Both the position numbers and the translations under genes were made by a program. Positions 1-13,554 of a DNA stretch of 64,000 nucleotides are shown here, piece after piece. The notes under the pieces are model-generated. The model did no database searches. It was not told where the DNA came from and saw only the letters and a program-made list of their open reading frames with translations. The first letter of the stretch is position 1. Every line of letters begins with the position of its first letter. Source of the stretch: Octopus vulgaris (taxonomy: Eukaryota); assembly GCA_951406725.2 (NCBI GenBank), contig OX597830.1, forward strand, positions 41,540,001 to 41,604,000, in the 5' to 3' direction.

Positions 1-559
1 TCTGCTTAATATAACATGATCTAGCTCCTATATATAAATATTCTCTATTCTCTGAGGTAATCTTACATCAGTATACAATATTTTTATACTTACAATCAGA
101 GCCAAGCAGACAGACTCTGTACTTTGCACAATCGCAACTAATAGTTATAGTATTTCATCACTATCATCCACTTTACCTGCTATAGATGTGATTTTTATAT
201 TCTCCTGTCTATTTTCTAAGATATTATTCTTCTCCATGTAGACAACATTATGAGTACTTTACCCTTTAAGATCCCTATCCACTACTTCCAGGCCAACTGT
301 GGAGCTCCATTGGGTTTCATTAATTCCATAGGTTGTCAAACCATAGTTCCTATCCTGATACCCAGCTGTATCACCCATGGTTTGTCTGCTCATGTTGACA
401 TTGTTGCTATTTATTGATCCATAATTATAATTCTGGTTACTATTATTGCTACTACTCATATCGAAACTTTTAAATTTACTATCGTTGTGTGCAGCTATAA
501 TTTGTACTAGATTTTTGCTATTACAGAAAGCTAATCTAATCTGATTTTTGTTAAAAATT

Positions 560-3500
560 CTATAGTATCTACTATTTTTGGAAAATTCTTAGTCAATACC
601 AAATAAAACAATTTCAGTATATTGGAAACTAGTGAAATTTGTTTCCAGAAAACAGTTGAATTACTATCAAAAATGTTCAGTGATAAGAGTTCCCTATTTA
701 TTACTCAATGGGAGCATTGGAATCTAGTTAAAAACAAGGATGAAAATTTTGTCAAGTATGACGGGGCCATAAACAGAATGTGTGAAAGGTTTAAACTGAA
801 GGAACTAACTCCTGACATGTTTAAGTGCCTCATTTTTGTGCAAGGACTGATCACAAACAAAGATGCGGAGATATGTGCAAGAATTCTCACAAAACTTAAC
901 AAGCGAACCAGAGTTTAACCTTGCAGACAGTTAGTTGCAGAGGAGTGTCAAAGAATGATAAACTTGTGACAGGACATGAAAAAAAATTGAGAAGGATTTC
1001 TCACAAGTGCAGGCATGTCAACTGGGAAGGAATAAACAAAAAAGACCAAACCCATGCTACGGATGTGGAGCCCTACATTTCAAGGACTGTCCTTTCTAAA
1101 CATGGAAATGTTACAGTTGCCAATAAATAGGACACAAGAGCTCACATTGCAGAGCAAAGTTAGGAAGGTTAAACATAAAAAATTCTAGTTTTCTCAACGG
1201 AAAGTAGAAACAACACGAAAAAGAGGAAATTTGTACATGTAAAAGTAAATGAAATGAATCTTAAATTACAACTAGATACTACTAGCAACATCTCAATTAT
1301 TGATACTGACATGTGGAAAAGAATTGGGAAACCTACATTAAGAAAAACCTCGAAAATTGCACAAGGTGTGACAGGTGATAAACTACACTTCATAGGTGAA
1401 ATGTTGAGCAATATTACATTTTGTGGTAAAATCTGTAGAGTAAAAGTTTTCGTGTTATAAAATGCAACCATTCTGTTCGGTACGGACTGGATAGAATTGT
1501 TTGACTTATGGGACCTCCCCATAAGTCTGTACTGTAGAAAAGTTAATGGCTGATCCACCAGTAAAAATAACTCATCAGATGAATTGAAGAAAAAATCAAA
1601 CTGTCAGATAAATTAGGTATCTGAGGCGTGTTTTCAAATAAATGAAAATGCCATACCTGTGTTCAAACCCAATAGAAGGGTACCTTTTACTGTGATAAAA
1701 CAGGTAGATGAAGGATTACACAGACTAGAGAAAATTGGAATTATTCAAAAAGTGGATTATTCTAAATGGGCAGCACCAATGGTGTGTATTAAAAAACTGA
1801 GCAACAAAATCAGGGTGTGTGCTGATTTTTCTACTGGTTTGATTAAGTGTCTAAAAATGTGCCACTATTCTCTACCTACTCCGGAAGATATTTTTGCAAA
1901 ATTAAACGGTGGCAAGATATTTTCGGAACTGGATCTGTCCAATGTGTACCTTCAAATTAAGGTAGGCAAGAAGTGCTTGAAATTTCTAACAGTGAATATG
2001 CATTAAGGACTTTATAAATAAAACAGAAGGATTTAGGACAAATTATTGATAAAAATGGAAGATGACCAGACCCCTCGAGGGCAGACACAATTAAAAATAT
2101 ACATCCTCTGACTAATATAACGACCTTACAAGCTTTTTAGGTCAAGTAAATTATCAAAATTACATATCAAATCTGTATAACTTGAGAGCTCCACTGACGA
2201 ATGAGCTATAAAAGGATGTGAAGTGGAATTGATCAAATTATTGTCAAAACACGTTTGACAATATTAAAAGAAATATTAATATTGGATTTGTTGCTGGCTC
2301 ATTTTTTGATCCTGCAGCAGAAATTATTTTAATGTCCGACACATTTGAGTGTAGCATAGGAGCAGTAATGATTATTTTTGCTGTGAAGAAATTTCACAGA
2401 TTTTTGCACTGTAGAAGTTTTAGGCTAGAAACTGATTACCAGCCATTTTTATCAATTTTGGGATCAAAGAAAGGGATTCCTACCCACACTGCAGATAGAT
2501 TGCAGTGTTGGTCTACAATTATGAATTAAAGATGGAGTACATTCCTTCAAAGAAAATTGGCCATGCAGATTGTTTATCTAGGCTAATTCCAAAGAATGCG
2601 GAACAGCTGGGATATACAGTGATAGCCACATTACAGTCAGAAAAGGAAATTAAAAACATTCTACGTAATGTTATTCAGGAGCTGTCAGTGACTGCACAAG
2701 ATATAAAAAGTAAATCAGTGAAGGACAAATACATCATAAAAATGAAGGAGACCTTGAAAAATTAACAAAAGAGAAACGCAAATGTGAACCCCTTTTTCAC
2801 TCTGCAACATTGTATTAATGTATGCACAAAGAGTGGTAGTACCAACTGCACCACAGAAACATGTTTTACATGAATTTCAAAGTGGACAGCTGGGAATGTC
2901 AAGAATGAAAGCTTTGATGAGGAGTTACACGTTTTGCCTGACAATGGATTGGGACATTGAAAGTTTGGTGAAATCATGTAGAGGTTGTGCACTAGCAGCC
3001 AAAGCATCACCAGTGCAATACTAATCATGGCCTGAGACTGATAGTCCATGGTCCAGGGTACATACAGACTATGCTGGACCAGTGAATGACATGTACCACT
3101 TGATCATTGTTGATAGCTTTACCAAGGGGCTGGAAGTATGTAGGTGCAGTCAACCAACCTCGAAGGCAATAATAAAATTCCTGCACAAACTTTTTGCTTG
3201 ATACGGTGTTCTGGACTCCATAGTATTGGACAATGGGTATACAGAATAACACCCAATCCAAATACCAGTTCAGGCAAGTCACCTGCAGAGCTAATGTTCA
3301 CTTGGAAGATAAACTATATCTTCAAAAAATTGTTACCAAAGAAGAAAACATGAAGAAAATACAAAAAAAAATTCAACAAAACATTTTGATGTGGGAGACA
3401 AAATCCATTTCAAAATATACAAGAACAGTAAAGAAGGTTGGGTGGATGGCAGAGTGACTACAAAAAGTGGAAACATGATGTACTTAATAAAAGGCCAACG

Positions 3501-3900
3501 TTGGGAGTATAAACAACACTTAAATCAATTAAAAACTAGACATATGGAAGAAAGGAAGGAAATTCCAATGGAAGCGTTTTACATGTTCGTTGTGACAGTG
3601 CCAAAAGAGATCGAGCCTAGAAAGAGCAGTAATAGAATACATAAACAGACTGAACATTTTGAAATAATTCTTAAGCAGAAAAGGTATTGAACTCCCTAGG
3701 GAATCAAAATCTCAAGAAAAGAGAAAGGTGTTAGAAAGAGAAAAAAAATAATCAAAATAAAATAAATTTTGTTTCCTGTGGAAGTCAAAATTTCAAAAGA
3801 GGAGATATGGCGAGCGTCATGACACACCCTGCAAGACTAGATTGACGCAATGACTATAAATAGTAACAGTCTGCTTGGGATAGGGAGAGAGATTAGGCAT
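560..3900 (+). mobile_element. Heavily decayed Ty3/gypsy element (K02A2.6/Mag-like)
   Basis: Fragments in gypsy order: gag LTPDMFKCLIFVQGL, protease LQLDTTSNISII, RT SKWAAPMV...IRVCADFSTGL, RNase H IIFAVKKFHRFL...ETDYQP, HADCLSRL, integrase GMSRMKALMRSY...VKSCRGC, WSRVHTDYAGP. Purine tract near 3795-3805 then a possible LTR remnant. Many stops and frameshifts. Confidence 0.88.
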
Positions 3901-4370
3901 TAATTGCAAGAAGTCGTAAGGTGTCATTTTGGTAGTTTGTTGGTTAAAAACCTAAGAATGGAACTTGCTATTAACTTAGGTAAATGTTTCTAACAGGTTT
4001 TTTTTATTGTTCTCATTGTTCACCCATACAATATGCTGTCATTCAAAAATTTGCCATGAAACTTCTATACAGAGCTATGTCCAAATATTTCTCTTGTTTA
4101 TTGACCACTTCTTTCTGTTCCTACGTCTTTACAATGTGCCACACCTTTCGAAATAAGAGAAAAAGAACGTAACATTTCAAGTGAATATAGTTTTGACGTC
4201 AGTTCTGTTTTTTCATGGGAGTACCAGTAAAACATTCATGTGAAAAGAGTTAGTGAAGTTTGTTGTTGTTGAGTTGTGAAACGAAGTTCTATATATAGAT
4301 ATATACATCAATATATGTATATATATAGATATATACATCGATACATGTTTATGTATAGATATTTATATAT

Positions 4371-4538
4371 ATATATTATATTAAATTAGAGACAAAACCA
4401 CTATCATGCAAATCAAACAAAGAAAGACTTAAGCCAATACATAAAATAATTTATATAAATTATTTTATGTATTGGCTTAAGTCTTTCTTTGTTTGATTTG
4501 CATGATAGTGGTTTTGTCTGTAATTTAATATAATATAT
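4371..4538. repeat. 168-bp spacerless palindrome
   Basis: 84-bp arms centred at 4454/4455 (ttat|ataa), one mismatch, flanked by TA-rich microsatellites. Confidence 0.95.
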
Positions 4539-4604
4539 TTTACTATAAAATTGGATTCAATCCTAAATCTGATTTTTCCCTGTAAATTTGGATTTATTCC
4601 CTAA

Positions 4605-4644
<40 letters not shown>

Positions 4645-4647
<3 letters not shown>

Positions 4648-5078
4648 TCATCATCGTTTAACGTCCATTTACCATGCTAGCATGGGTTGGGCGGTTTGAC
4701 TGAGGGCTGGCGAATCAGATGGCTGCACCAGGCTCCCGTCTTGATCTGGCAGAGTTTCTACAGCTGGATGTCCTTCCTAACACCAACCACTCCGAGAGTG
4801 TAGTGGGTGCTTTTCTGTGCCACCAGCACGGGGGCCAGTCAGGTGGTACTGGCAATGATCTCGCTCGAATCTTTTTACACATGCCACCGGCACAGGGGCC
4901 AGTAAGGCGATGCTAGTAACGATCCCGCTCGAATGGTGCTTTTACATGCCACCGGCATGGAAACTAGTTAGCCGCTCTGGCAGTGATCATGCTCGGATGG
5001 TGCTCTTAGCACCCTACTAGCATGGGGCACAAGTGCAAGTAAGGCGACGCTGGTAACAATCACACTCGAATGGTGCCT
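4645..5078 (-). mobile_element. 3'-end fragment of the same RTE family
   Basis: catcatcatcgtttaacgtcc...cagctggatgtccttcctaacaccaaccac plus gtgccaccggcac-type subrepeats. Similar copies near 9110, 28665, 30341-31035, 35175, 52013-52540 and 57318; opposite orientation near 29900, 33460, 39250-39585 and 55430-55720. Confidence 0.85.
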
Positions 5079-5088
5079 ATATATATAT

Positions 5089-7045
5089 ATCATCATCATC
5101 ATCGTTTAACATCCGTTTTCCGCGCTAGCACGGGTTGGACGGTTCGACCGGGGTCTGGGAAGCCAGGGGCTGCACCAGGCTCCAGTCTGATCTGGCAGTG
5201 TTTCTACAGCTGGTTGCCCTTCCTAATGCCAACCACTCCACGAGTGTAGTGGGTGCTTTTTACGTGCCACCTGCACAGGTGCCAGGGGGGTCTGGCATCA
5301 GCCACGATCGGTTGGTGCTTTTAACGTGCCACCGGCACGGAAGCCAGCCAAGGCGGCGCTGGCATCGGCCACGTTCGGATGGTGCTTTTTATGTGCCACT
5401 GGCACAGAAGCCAGTCGAGGCGGCGCTGGCAACGGCTATGTTTGGATGGTGCTTTTTATGTGCCACCAGCACAGGTATCACAACTACTATTTCCATTGAT
5501 ATTTGTTTTGCTGTTCATGTACATGCACTTGACTCAACAGGTCTCCTCAAACACAGCGAGATGTTCCGGGATCCAAGGTACTTTGAATGGGCAGGGGCTA
5601 TGCGGAACTGGTGCCGGAAGCATCCCGGGTCTTTGTAGACACAGCACATCTCCAGAGATCTCGGTCCTTCGCCATTGCCTCAGTGAGGCCCAACGCTCTG
5701 AGGTCATGCTTGACTACCTCATCCCATGTCTTCCTGGGTCTACCTCTCCCCCTGATTCCTTCAACTGTTCGGGAGCGGCACTTCTTCACATATCTCTCCT
5801 CATCCATCTGCAGTACATAACCATACCATCGCAAGCATCGCTCTTGCACACCGCATCTGATGCTTCTTATGCCTAGCATTTCTCTCAGGGTGCTTACACT
5901 CTGTTGTGCATTCACACTGACATTACACATCCAGCGGATCATGCTAGCTTCATTTCTTTCAAGTCTACGCATGTCCTCTGCAGTCACGGCCCATGTTTCA
6001 CTACCGTGAAGCATGGCAGTTCGCACGCAAGCATCATACAATCTACCTTTCACTCTGAGTGAGAGACCCTTTGTCGCCAGTAGGGTTAGGAGCTTTCTAA
6101 ACTTTGCCCAGGCTATTCATATTCTAGTGGTGACACTCTCTGAGCATCCACCTCCACTGTTTTCTGAGTATTTGTGGTGTCTATTGTCCCTGTGCATCTG
6201 CCGCACATGAAAGCTATCTTATCAGTTAATTTCCCTTTGATGTTGCTGCACCTCTTATGCGTCTATAGCTTACACTGGGTACATCTTATGGAGTTTCTAC
6301 CTACATCTTTCCTACAGCTGGAGCAGGGCCACCTGCCTGATGGGGTGTGTGCTGAGTTCGCCTTTCTGCTTACTATAACTTTGGTCTTCGCTACATTTAC
6401 TCTAAGGCCCTTTGATTCTAACCCTTGTTTCCACACCCGAAATTTCTTTTCTAGTTCCAGTAGTGATTCTGCTATGAGAGCCAGGTCATCAGCATAGAGG
6501 AGCTCCCAGGGGCAACCTATTTTGAATTCCTCTGGTATTGCCTGGAGGACTATGATGAATAAAAGGGGACTGAGGGCTGAGCCTTGGTGTACACCTACTT
6601 CTACTCGGAATTCTTCACTATGTTCGTTGCCAATCCTAAGCTTGCTGACAGCCTCTCTGTATAGAGCCTGTACAGCCCTTATTAGCCATTCGTCAATCTC
6701 CAGTTTCCGCATCGACCACCAGATAAGGGATCGGGGAACCCTCTCAAAGGCTTTCTCCAAGTCCACAAAAGCTATGTAGAGGGGTTTATCTTTAGCTAGG
6801 TACTTCTCCTGCAGTTGACGGACCAGGAATATAGCATCAGTGGTGCTTCTACCCGGCACAAAACCGAACTGCATCTCATCTAAGCAAATTCTCTCCCTGA
6901 TGAGATGGGTTATGACCCTCTCTGTGACCTTCATCACCTGATCCAACAGTTTAATACCCCTGTAGTTATTTCTATCTAGAGCATCACCCTTACCCTTGTA
7001 GCAGTTGACTATGGTGCTGCTACGCCAATCATTGGGTATGACTCC
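5089..7045 (-). mobile_element. 5'-truncated RTE-clade LINE (RT, C-terminus, 3' UTR, (GAT)n tail)
   Basis: NYRGIKLL, QFGFVPGRST, AFVDLEKAF, GVHQGSALSPLLF, LLYADDL, then HGSETW and RGRGRPRKTW. Both ends abut (TA)n. Confidence 0.95.
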
Positions 7046-7086
7046 ATATATATATATATATATGTATATAAATATATATATATATA

Positions 7087-7445
7087 CTAACAGTATAGCC
7101 CGACGTTGCACGGGTTTGTTTCAACCCTTTAGAATTGGAATTTTTGAAAAGTAAAAATTTTGCATTATGTAGCTTGTTATTCTCTTTGAGTGAATATTTT
7201 TCTGGTTGAAATACACTGAAAAATGGCGATTTTCATAGGAAAAAGCATTGTTTTGATGTAAATAATTTTTGGTCTTAACATGGTCTGATTTGAAATTTTT
7301 CTTCTACCAAATGAAGAGCAAGCCTTCTTCTATCATACTCTCAATTTTGGTCAACTTGCGCCACAGGGTCTCAGAGGAGATAGTGTTAGTTGAAGGTTAC
7401 CAAACCTGCCACACACACATGCAACTTCAGCTTTATATATATATA
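7087..7445 (-). mobile_element. Non-autonomous Helitron, inverted copy of 8102-8490
   Basis: Reverse-complement similarity along its length and a 3' hairpin. A third 3'-end fragment lies at 8704-8772 (-), and related 5' ends at about 7441 and 7997. Confidence 0.8.
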
Positions 7446-8101
7446 ACTCAACTTGTGTGTCTGTGTGTTTAACTTCCTGGCACATCTCCTCCTAGCCAAC
7501 AAATCGTAGAACCACCAAAAATGGGTCACTTAAAGTTTAGGCGAATGAAAATTGAACTGTACTATTTCTGTTCCGAAATTCATCTCGCAGGTGCAGAAAT
7601 CGATAATGTGTTTGTTTAGGCCCTATCCCATGCATTGAATTGTGAACTTTACTCAGTCAGCTGTTTGACGTGAACTGAGTTCACCACGCGTGCAAGCATG
7701 CGTAAATTGCATGAAAAATAAAAAATCAAGATATAAAAATGAATCGCCGTAAACATTGTAGAAATTCGGCAAAGAAATGAATTTTCGGGATGTAGCCTGG
7801 AGGGTTGTTTCGTATTAATCGTTTGGACTTTGTGAACACATACCAATTGTTTTCATAACATTTTTAATGCTTTGAATTAAATGTGACCATTTTGCGTTGT
7901 CTGCAGTTTGAATCACTTTAACTAAATTTTAGCTGGCTGGATTTTTGATCATCACGATACATCGCCAGCGACTCCCTGAAATCCCCGTTGAGAAATCTCT
8001 ATATATAAAACTCAACTTGTGTATCTGTATGTGTGTCTGTGTGTTTAACTTTTGGATCTACCAAGTTTCATTATTAGGGATGGAAAGTAGTTTGTAGCAA
8101 A

Positions 8102-8490
8102 TCTATATATATAAAGCTGAAGTTGTCTGTGTGTGGCAGGTTTGGTAGCCTTCAACTAACACTATCTCCTTCGAGACCCTGCAGCGCAAGTTGACCAAAA
8201 TTGAGAGTATGATAGAAGAAGGCTTGCTCTTCATTCTGAAGAAGATAAAATTCAAATTGGACCATGTTAACACCAAAAATTATTTACATCAAAAAGGTGC
8301 TTTTTTTCTATGAAAATCCCTATTTTTTACGATTTTTGACTGCTGTATTACTAATTTGCGGTGTATTTCACCTGGAAAAATGTTCACTTGAAGAGAATAA
8401 CAAGTTGCATAAAGCAAAATTTTTACTTTTCAAAAATTTCAATTCGAAAGGGTCGAAACAAACCCAAGCAACACCGGGTGATACTGCTAG
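8102..8490 (+). mobile_element. Non-autonomous Helitron
   Basis: A|TC start, subterminal hairpin acccaagcaacaccgggt, CTAG|T end, no TSD. Confidence 0.85.
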
Positions 8491-8501
8491 TATATATATA
8501 T

Positions 8502-8544
<43 letters not shown>

Positions 8545-8657
8545 TATATATATATATATATATATCGACCAGACCATCAGATGTAGTTACACATCGCTGG
8601 TCACAATGCGTTCGCATTGTTTTAGCCTTTGAATGATGCCACTAGATAGATATATAG

Positions 8658-8700
<43 letters not shown>
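8491..8700. repeat. (TA)n/(GA)n microsatellite cluster
   Basis: Direct reading. Others: (TA)n near 4609, 12795, 37010 and 47637; (TTA)n near 44935; (CA)n near 62845. Confidence 0.95.
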
Positions 8701-8701
<1 letters not shown>

Positions 8702-8949
8702 TACTAGCAGTATAGCCCGGCATTGCTTGGGTTTGTTTCGACCCTTTAGAATTGGAATTTTTGAAAAGTAAAGTTTCAGTTCAATTTGATGACTCCACTA
8801 GAATGGACGAAAGCGCTAATATATGATATATAATGTATAAAAACGTGTAACATACAAATAAATATCTGTAAATATAAAACCATCTGAATTTCTGAGTACC
8901 TCATTTCTTCTAATATAAAATACCTGTACATCATCTCCAAACCTTCTAA

Positions 8950-8989
<40 letters not shown>

Positions 8990-11900
8990 GAGGTTGCTCT
9001 GTATATACATGATGGGCTTTTTTATATATGTATGTATACATACATACATACATCATACATACACACACACATATATATAAATTGTGTATCTTTGTATTTG
9101 TCCCTCATTATCATCGTCATCATCATCATTTAACGCCTGTTGGACGGTGTGACCAGAACTGGCAAACTGGGAAGCTGCACCAGACTCCAGTCTGATTTGG
9201 CATGGTTTCTACAGCTGGATGCCTTTCCTAACACCACCCACTTTACAGAGTGTTTTGGGTGTTTTTACATGCCACCATACAGGTGCTTTTACATAGCAAT
9301 ACAATAAGTACCAGACTTTTAAAAAAAGTAGTGGAGTTGATTCATTCGACAAAGATCCCTCGAGGCGGTGCTCCAGCATGACCACTGTCTGATGAGGGGG
9401 AAACAAGTAAAAAATAAAAGATCCCACTGTACACATGAAAGTTTATTATTATTAATGTTGTTTAGTCTTGAATCCACTCTGGTGAAGCAGGTTTAGGATT
9501 AAAAGTATTTCTGTCCATTTTAGAAGTATGTGGGATTATATTTACCTGTGTCTTGTTTAGTCCTTAAGAAAGTAGGGTATGTTTTAAAGGAATTTGGTTG
9601 CTGTTTCTAGCAGGTTAAGTAACCACATACAGATTCCTTTATCAAAAGCAAACAAAGTGTTGATCAACACTCTGGCTGATATATACCCTGTTGCTGCTAC
9701 TTCACTGTGTCAATGACCAACAAACTCTACTCTCACAGACTCAGATCACCTAGTTATAATTAAATACAATGCGTAAGTGCAATTTACAGAGATTATTAAT
9801 GTTTGTAATCTATAGGCAGTGGTGTGGCTGTGTGGTAAGAGGCTTGCTTTCCAAACACATGGTTCTGAGTTCAGTCCCACTGTGTGGTACCTTGGGCTTT
9901 TGCTACAGCCTTGGGCCAACCAAAACCTTGTGAGTGGATTTGATAGATGGAAAATTAATATTTGTATTTATAGGTACAGGCATGGTTGTATGGTCAGAAG
10001 GTTGTTTCCCAACCATATTGTTCTGAATTCAGTCCCCCTGTGTAGCACCTTGGGTACATGTCTTGGGCCAAACAAAGTCTGGTGAGTGAATTTGGTAGAT
10101 AGAAAATTAATGTTTATATCTATAGGCTTAGGTATGGCTGTGTGGTAAGAAGTTGGCTTCCCAACCACATGATCGTGTTTTCTGCTATTCCCTTGGGCCA
10201 AACAAAGCCTTGTGAGTGGATCTGGTAGATGGAAGCTGAAAGAACCCATATGTGTGTTTGTGTTTATTTTCCACCCCTATTTGATAACTGGTGTTGGTTT
10301 GTTTATGCCCCTGTAACTCAGAATTTTGACAACAGGGATCCATAGAATAAGTGCCAGACTTTAAAATAATTACAGAGGTCAATTTGTTCAACTAAGCCCT
10401 TGAGGGTGGTAGTCCAGCACGGCCACAGTCCAATGACTGAAACAAGTAAAAGATAAAAGATAGCCAAATTATGTCTTTGGATCTTCCTGCAGTCCATCCT
10501 TGACAATGTTTGTTAATTCCTCTCCAGGCTCTCTTTGTAGAGTAAAAACAGATTAGCCATTGCAAGTAAGAAGTGAACACTATCATGGTTTACTAATTAC
10601 ACCAAACTAGATGAAGGAATGAATGCCCTCACATCATTTTGTTGTTGTCTTCCTTTAATTTTTCCAATTTATGTAATTGAATCTTTTCCCCTTAGTATTG
10701 ACTGTGTATGAGAAAATCATTTTCCTTCCAGAAACAATGCCAATCTAGCGATACTAAGGCGGCGAGCTGGCAGAAACGTTAGCACACCAGGCGAAATGCT
10801 TATCAGTATTTCGTCTGCCGTTACATTCTGAGTTCAAATTCCGCCGAGGTCGACTTTGCCTTTCATCCTTCCGGGGTCGATAAATTAAGTACCAGTTATG
10901 CACTGGGGTCAATGTAATCGACTCAACCCCTTTGTCTGTCCTCTATGTTTAGCCCCTTGTGGGCAATAAAGAAGTAAGAAATAAGAAACGATGCCAATCT
11001 GCTTTTTCTGCTTATTTAATAAAACATGAGATCTAGTCCCTGTGACAGTTATTTGCTATGTCGAACACCCAGTCTTCTCTATATTGTATCGCACTTCTTC
11101 TATACAAATATATTTGATCCATCATAGAGTATATCAGTCCTGCATTTCCAAAGACTGCATCATACCCTGATGTCTGCTTTGGCATGGTTTCTGTGGCTTG
11201 GTACCCTTCCAAGTGTCAACTACTTTACAGAGTGTAATGGCTTCTTTTTGCACAGCACCAGCACTAGTGAAGTTGCCATGTAGGTTGCTAGACTAAGATC
11301 TCCTTCAACAGATGGCAGCTTTATGCTAGGAGATGAGAGGTTAAAGTATGTATGAAAGGGCCCGAGCTGAACAGGTTTCTTACTGTAGAGGAGATTCATG
11401 GCTATTCAGTTGTAGAAGAGGGATTGAGAGTAACTGGGGTGGAGTTGGAAAAAAATATAAAATAGAGTGATGAGGTGTCAGGGTAGCGGAAGGTGAATAG
11501 TGAGGAGTGGTGACAAAAAAACTGAGGGTAAGGGTGAATGGAGATTGCAAGAGTGTGTGGGGTGAGTGAGGAGTGGTTAGAGATAGGGAAATTGGTGTAG
11601 GGTCAGATATAATGGTTTAGGAGTGATTGACAATAAATAGACAGGGGAGACTGGTAACTGTTGGGATTGGGTAGGTTGGAGGGACAGTCAAACTTGTTGG
11701 TAGTCACTCAAATCTGAGAATCACGATTCCACAATTTCTTCCCGAACATCCTGCACAGATAATTTTGTGTATAGTGATCAGATGGTTGTGTTGTACATTA
11801 GCTCACTTGCTCCTTCCATCAAATCAATGGTACCTGGTGTGCCATGTCAGGTGTTGAAGTAATTACAGAGCAATGTGAAATGAAGTGTTTTGGTCAAGAA

Positions 11901-12787
11901 CACAATGTGCCACCTTGACCAGGAATCGAAACCACGCTCTTGCAGTCATAAGTGCAACATCCTAACCACCAGGCCATTTGCCAATGATATATATATGAAG
12001 TGGAGAAAGATAGGGGAGAGGAGGTGATGACTGACATTTCAGAATAGAATGGGGAATAGCAGAATAGTAATAATGCAGTAAACAAGTGAAGGATGAGGGA
12101 GAGGGAGATCATGTGTAACTGGATAGGTTGCATAAGAATAAGAGAGGCAGATGTAGAGCAGGCAGAGAATAAAATATGCACCAAGTGTTTACAGCCTTTA
12201 CAATGTTCACAGAGCATTGAGCAGCAGTCATGATGTTGGCATTTTGATACTTGACACAAATCAGCACAATACAGTTAACTCTTTTCCAATATTCAGACGA
12301 CTTCCAGCCCTTCATGTCAGTTAACTTTTTCTCAACTACAACTTTACGTTCTCCAATGTTGACTGTTCACCAATGCATCAAGCTGCTTCTGAAAAATGGA
12401 GACATAAAAATCCTCAAATTTAGCCCAAACACTGGTTGAGAAATGGGAGATAATATGGTAGCACGAAAGGGTCATCAGTGTAAAATGTGAGTGGAGAGGA
12501 ACAATATTAAGAATTGTTGATGGGTGATGAATGAAGTGGTTCTGAGAAGTTGGAAAGATGATAATTGGCATTACTGAACAAGATGACGAAGTATACAGTA
12601 CTGCTCTTAATTATCACAGCAGTAGAATGCTGCAGATAGGAAAGTGATGGAGGGAATCAGTGAAAGAGAGAGATGATGAGTGGTGGGGAAGGCTTGAGGA
12701 GGTAATTGGGCAATGTTGCATGTTAGTGCTCCAGTATGACCACAGCCACATGGCTGAAATGCATAAAATAAAATATATGTTTTGTGC

Positions 12788-12837
<50 letters not shown>

Positions 12838-13333
12838 AATGTATATACACACGTGTACATACTACACTTTCTTCTTAGTCCTTCTTTCACAAACTGTCAC
12901 CTGTTTCCAAGCAATATATATATATGTGTGTATGTACATTGTGTGTGTGTGTTTATATATATATATATATATATAAGTACATGTATGTGTGTGTATGTAT
13001 ATAAAAATTTCTGGATGCTGCTGTCTTATGAAGTCTTCCTATCTTGTCCTTAAAAGCATGAAATGCATAGCAATAAATAGTCCGAAACTGATGAGTGAGT
13101 TATCTTCTTTTGGTATTTTTGCCTGAACTTTTCTTTCGTGTGTTTATGTATTTTTCACTCTGTCTTTTTTGGGATGCGACATCCAACTAGCTGGATGTCA
13201 TTTCCCCTCTTCTCTTGCCTCTCAACACTTTTTTCTTTCCTACTATTTTCTTTTATTCTGTTAATTCTATATCCTTTCAAAATTTCTCCCAGATGTTACC
13301 CATTACCATTCATCTTGGCCTAATAGCCCTTAA

Positions 13334-13554
13334 CCCTTTCATTACCAACCTGGCTGAAACCGGCTCTGGCTCTGTCATACAAATGTCTTGTTTTCATTAG
13401 TTTTGAATTAAAATCTTCCACCAAACCTTAGTTACAATTTATGTTCTTAACACTAGCTGAATGATAACTAAGTTATTTTACTAAATTCTTTGTTATATTT
13501 AAAGTAATTGAAAGAAACACAGAGCATCTCAAAATAAATACAGTAACAAAAGGG
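13334..13554. mobile_element. piggyBac-type MITE, family 1 (221 bp)
   Basis: TTAA|CCC...GGG|TTAA, same internal sequence as 28409-28629. Other copies at 23522-24116 (interrupted) and about 54895-55020 (partial). Confidence 0.86.

Noticed and set aside
259-459. Asn/Ser-rich 66-aa minus-strand ORF; similar case at 24245-24780
   Set aside because: No recognisable motif or splice context. Possibly decayed LINE sequence, but I cannot support a call.
9389-9410. CTGATGAGGGGGAAAC hammerhead-like core; also ctgatga at 13088, 13734 and 25611
   Set aside because: No stem II or correctly placed GAAA. The 9389 case is a variant SINE tail.
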